Source: Ostrea edulis
Taxonomy: Eukaryota
Assembly (NCBI RefSeq): GCF_947568905.1
Contig: NC_079167.1
Location: 68,944,001-69,008,000 of the forward strand
Length of the DNA stretch: 64,000 bases
Direction of reading: 5' to 3'
Positions 62,301-64,000 of the stretch are shown one piece after another. The position numbers and the translations under genes were made by a program. Position 1 is the first letter of the stretch. Each line of letters begins with the position of its first letter. Under the pieces are notes generated by a model that worked only from the letters and a program-made list of their open reading frames with translations, was not told the DNA's origin and made no database searches.

Positions 62301-62747
62301 AATCTAAAAAGAAGGAAGGTAATTAAATTCTGGAACAAATCTTCTTTGTCATCGACATCGTCATCTTTGTTGTTGTCATCAGCACCAAATATTTATCTAT
62401 TTGTAAATGCTTATTTAAACAAGTTTGATGTTCACATTTTGAAGGTAAAAATAAAAAGAAAAAAGAGAAAAACAAGAAAACTAACAAAGGTATAGTATTT
62501 CATTTTTAATACACATGCTATAGTCATGACTATACTAACATGACTACACTAAATTAACGTAGAAAACAACAAAGTTATTTGATAGTACTTTTGAAATTTA
62601 CTGATCATTTATATTTGCAATGTTATCTTATTCATGAAAGAATTCTTGTAGTTACTCCACGCAACAGAGCCCACAGTGCTCCTCCTGCAAGGAGTGGTCG
62701 GACAGGTCATGACCTTTGGATGACAGCTGTCAAAAACAGGGAAACAT
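59365..62747 (+). CDS. 5' exons of an unidentified protein, probably continuing past the window
   Basis: Exons 59365-59382, 60756-60812, 62276-62318, 62652-62747 with canonical GT-AG and consistent phases: MPRKLLKYNSDDYESDPDLHTVTTLVSRNTAPVKSKKKEVTPRNRAHSAPPARSGRTGHDLWMTAVKNRET. Confidence 0.65.
61392..61933. mobile_element. Helentron-like non-autonomous element with two ~145-bp internal repeats
   Basis: TTATTATACCCCCGCAACAAGTTGTGGGGG ... GAGCATTGCTCACAGTACCTCTTGTT; reverse complement of 49357-49813. Confidence 0.8.
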
Positions 62748-63012
62748 GTAAGTTTTTAAGACAGTCCTGTTTTATATATAACTTTTAAATTCCATCCTTA
62801 GGATTGCAAAAAGTAGGAAGCAGTGTTTGGTTGCCTTGGATAATCACTTTATTTTTCCAGCTCATATGACCCAATAAATGATAGTAATAATGAATAATAA
62901 TGATACTTTATGTAGATATCTGATCAGTACATCACACTATCCCTTCATCGGGACCTCTCAAGGATATTCTTCCAAAAAGTGAGAAAGTAGTTGATAGTTG
63001 GTAAAATGTATG

Positions 63013-63188
63013 TACAGTCAAACCTCGGTACCTCAAACTTAATGGAACCAAGAAATTCAATGTCCGAGGATTTGAGATATATCGAGGGTTAAAATACTTC
63101 AAGAATAAGTGATTGGGACTTTCGAATCACTTCAACATAGCCATGGTATTTGAGATATCGGTGTTCAAGATATCGCAGTTTGACTGCA
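63013..63188. mobile_element. Tc1/mariner-type MITE
   Basis: TACAGTCAAAC...GTTTGACTGCA termini. Confidence 0.6.
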
Positions 63189-63779
63189 TTATAGGACAGC
63201 TTTCTGGTATTCAGTGGTAGAACTTTCTGAATTTTGTGTAAATGTAAATAATGTCATCAGATTTACATGCTGAATCTACAAGAAAATGATAATGAAGTGA
63301 CTGATGAAATTGAACATGAAACACGTTTTCTTCTTCAGCATTTTAAAGTATTTGTCCTGAGATGTGTAAATTTAGAACAGGATTATTTAACTTTTATTCC
63401 CTTGGCTGTGTTCCCATAAGCATATCATTGTTTTATCTGTATTCAAAACCATTTGGTTTCATAAACACAATTTTTTAATTTCATACAAGTTAGAACTAAT
63501 TAAGTGCTGATTCAATTAAACATACATAACTCGGATGTTTAAAGTTGTATTGTCAGCGAGGATTTCTATATTAGAATAATTTACACATAGAGGAAGGTCA
63601 TTAATAAACCATAAAACAATAAAAATACAATAAAATAAAAGGGTCTAAGTATTGATCCTTATGGTACTCCTGCTGTGATAGGTATTGATTGACTGATTGA
63701 ATGTTGTTTAACGTCCCTCTTGAGAATATTTCACTCATATGGAGACGTGCTGTGATAGGTGATATCAGATGTCACTCAT

Positions 63780-63970
63780 GCACTGTCTGGTTTCAGTCTT
63801 TATGCTGCTGCTGTAGGCCCAGTTCCAGTTGGCTTGCATGATTCTAAGCTTTTCTGTCGTGAGCTTATACTGACAGATTGCAGACTTTAATATCTTTTTT
63901 CACACGACCATGTCTTCCTGGGTCTGCCCCAACCTTTGCAACCTTGGTCTCTTAGGTACCTGACATACGA
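63780..63970 (-). mobile_element. RTE-type LINE 3' remnant
   Basis: Degenerate equivalent of the RTE C-terminal KVAL.W.P.G.R.RGRP..TW...AKDR region. Confidence 0.5.
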
Positions 63971-64000
63971 TGTACACAAACTTTTTTTTCACATTTTGGT

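Overview
AT-rich animal genomic DNA with spliced GT-AG genes. The repeat families resemble those of oysters (inference from recalled repeat structure). I assembled the exon models by hand from the sequence. Left part, minus strand: a tandem array of class IV (SIRT6/7-like) sirtuin genes. Copy A is partial (exons 1-2, continuing off the left edge); copies B and C are complete, 6 exons, about 390 aa. All three carry an N-terminal C-x4-C...H-x2-C module not found in SIRT6/7. B and C also have extra Cys/His in the zinc-binding subdomain, and B looks like an A/C chimera. Middle: ENKD1 (minus) head-to-head with a C2orf81/DUF4639-like gene (plus), start codons about 300 bp apart. Right: SNX8 (minus, 14 exons, N-terminal EH-like domain) head-to-head with the first exons of an unidentified plus-strand gene. 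Introns and intergenic DNA hold SINEs, LINE remnants, Helentron-like non-autonomous elements, MITEs and minisatellites. One minisatellite is amplified from an exon/intron junction, and one SINE has duplicated a splice donor. There is an N gap at 1205-1334. No rRNA, functional tRNA or CRISPR array is supported.
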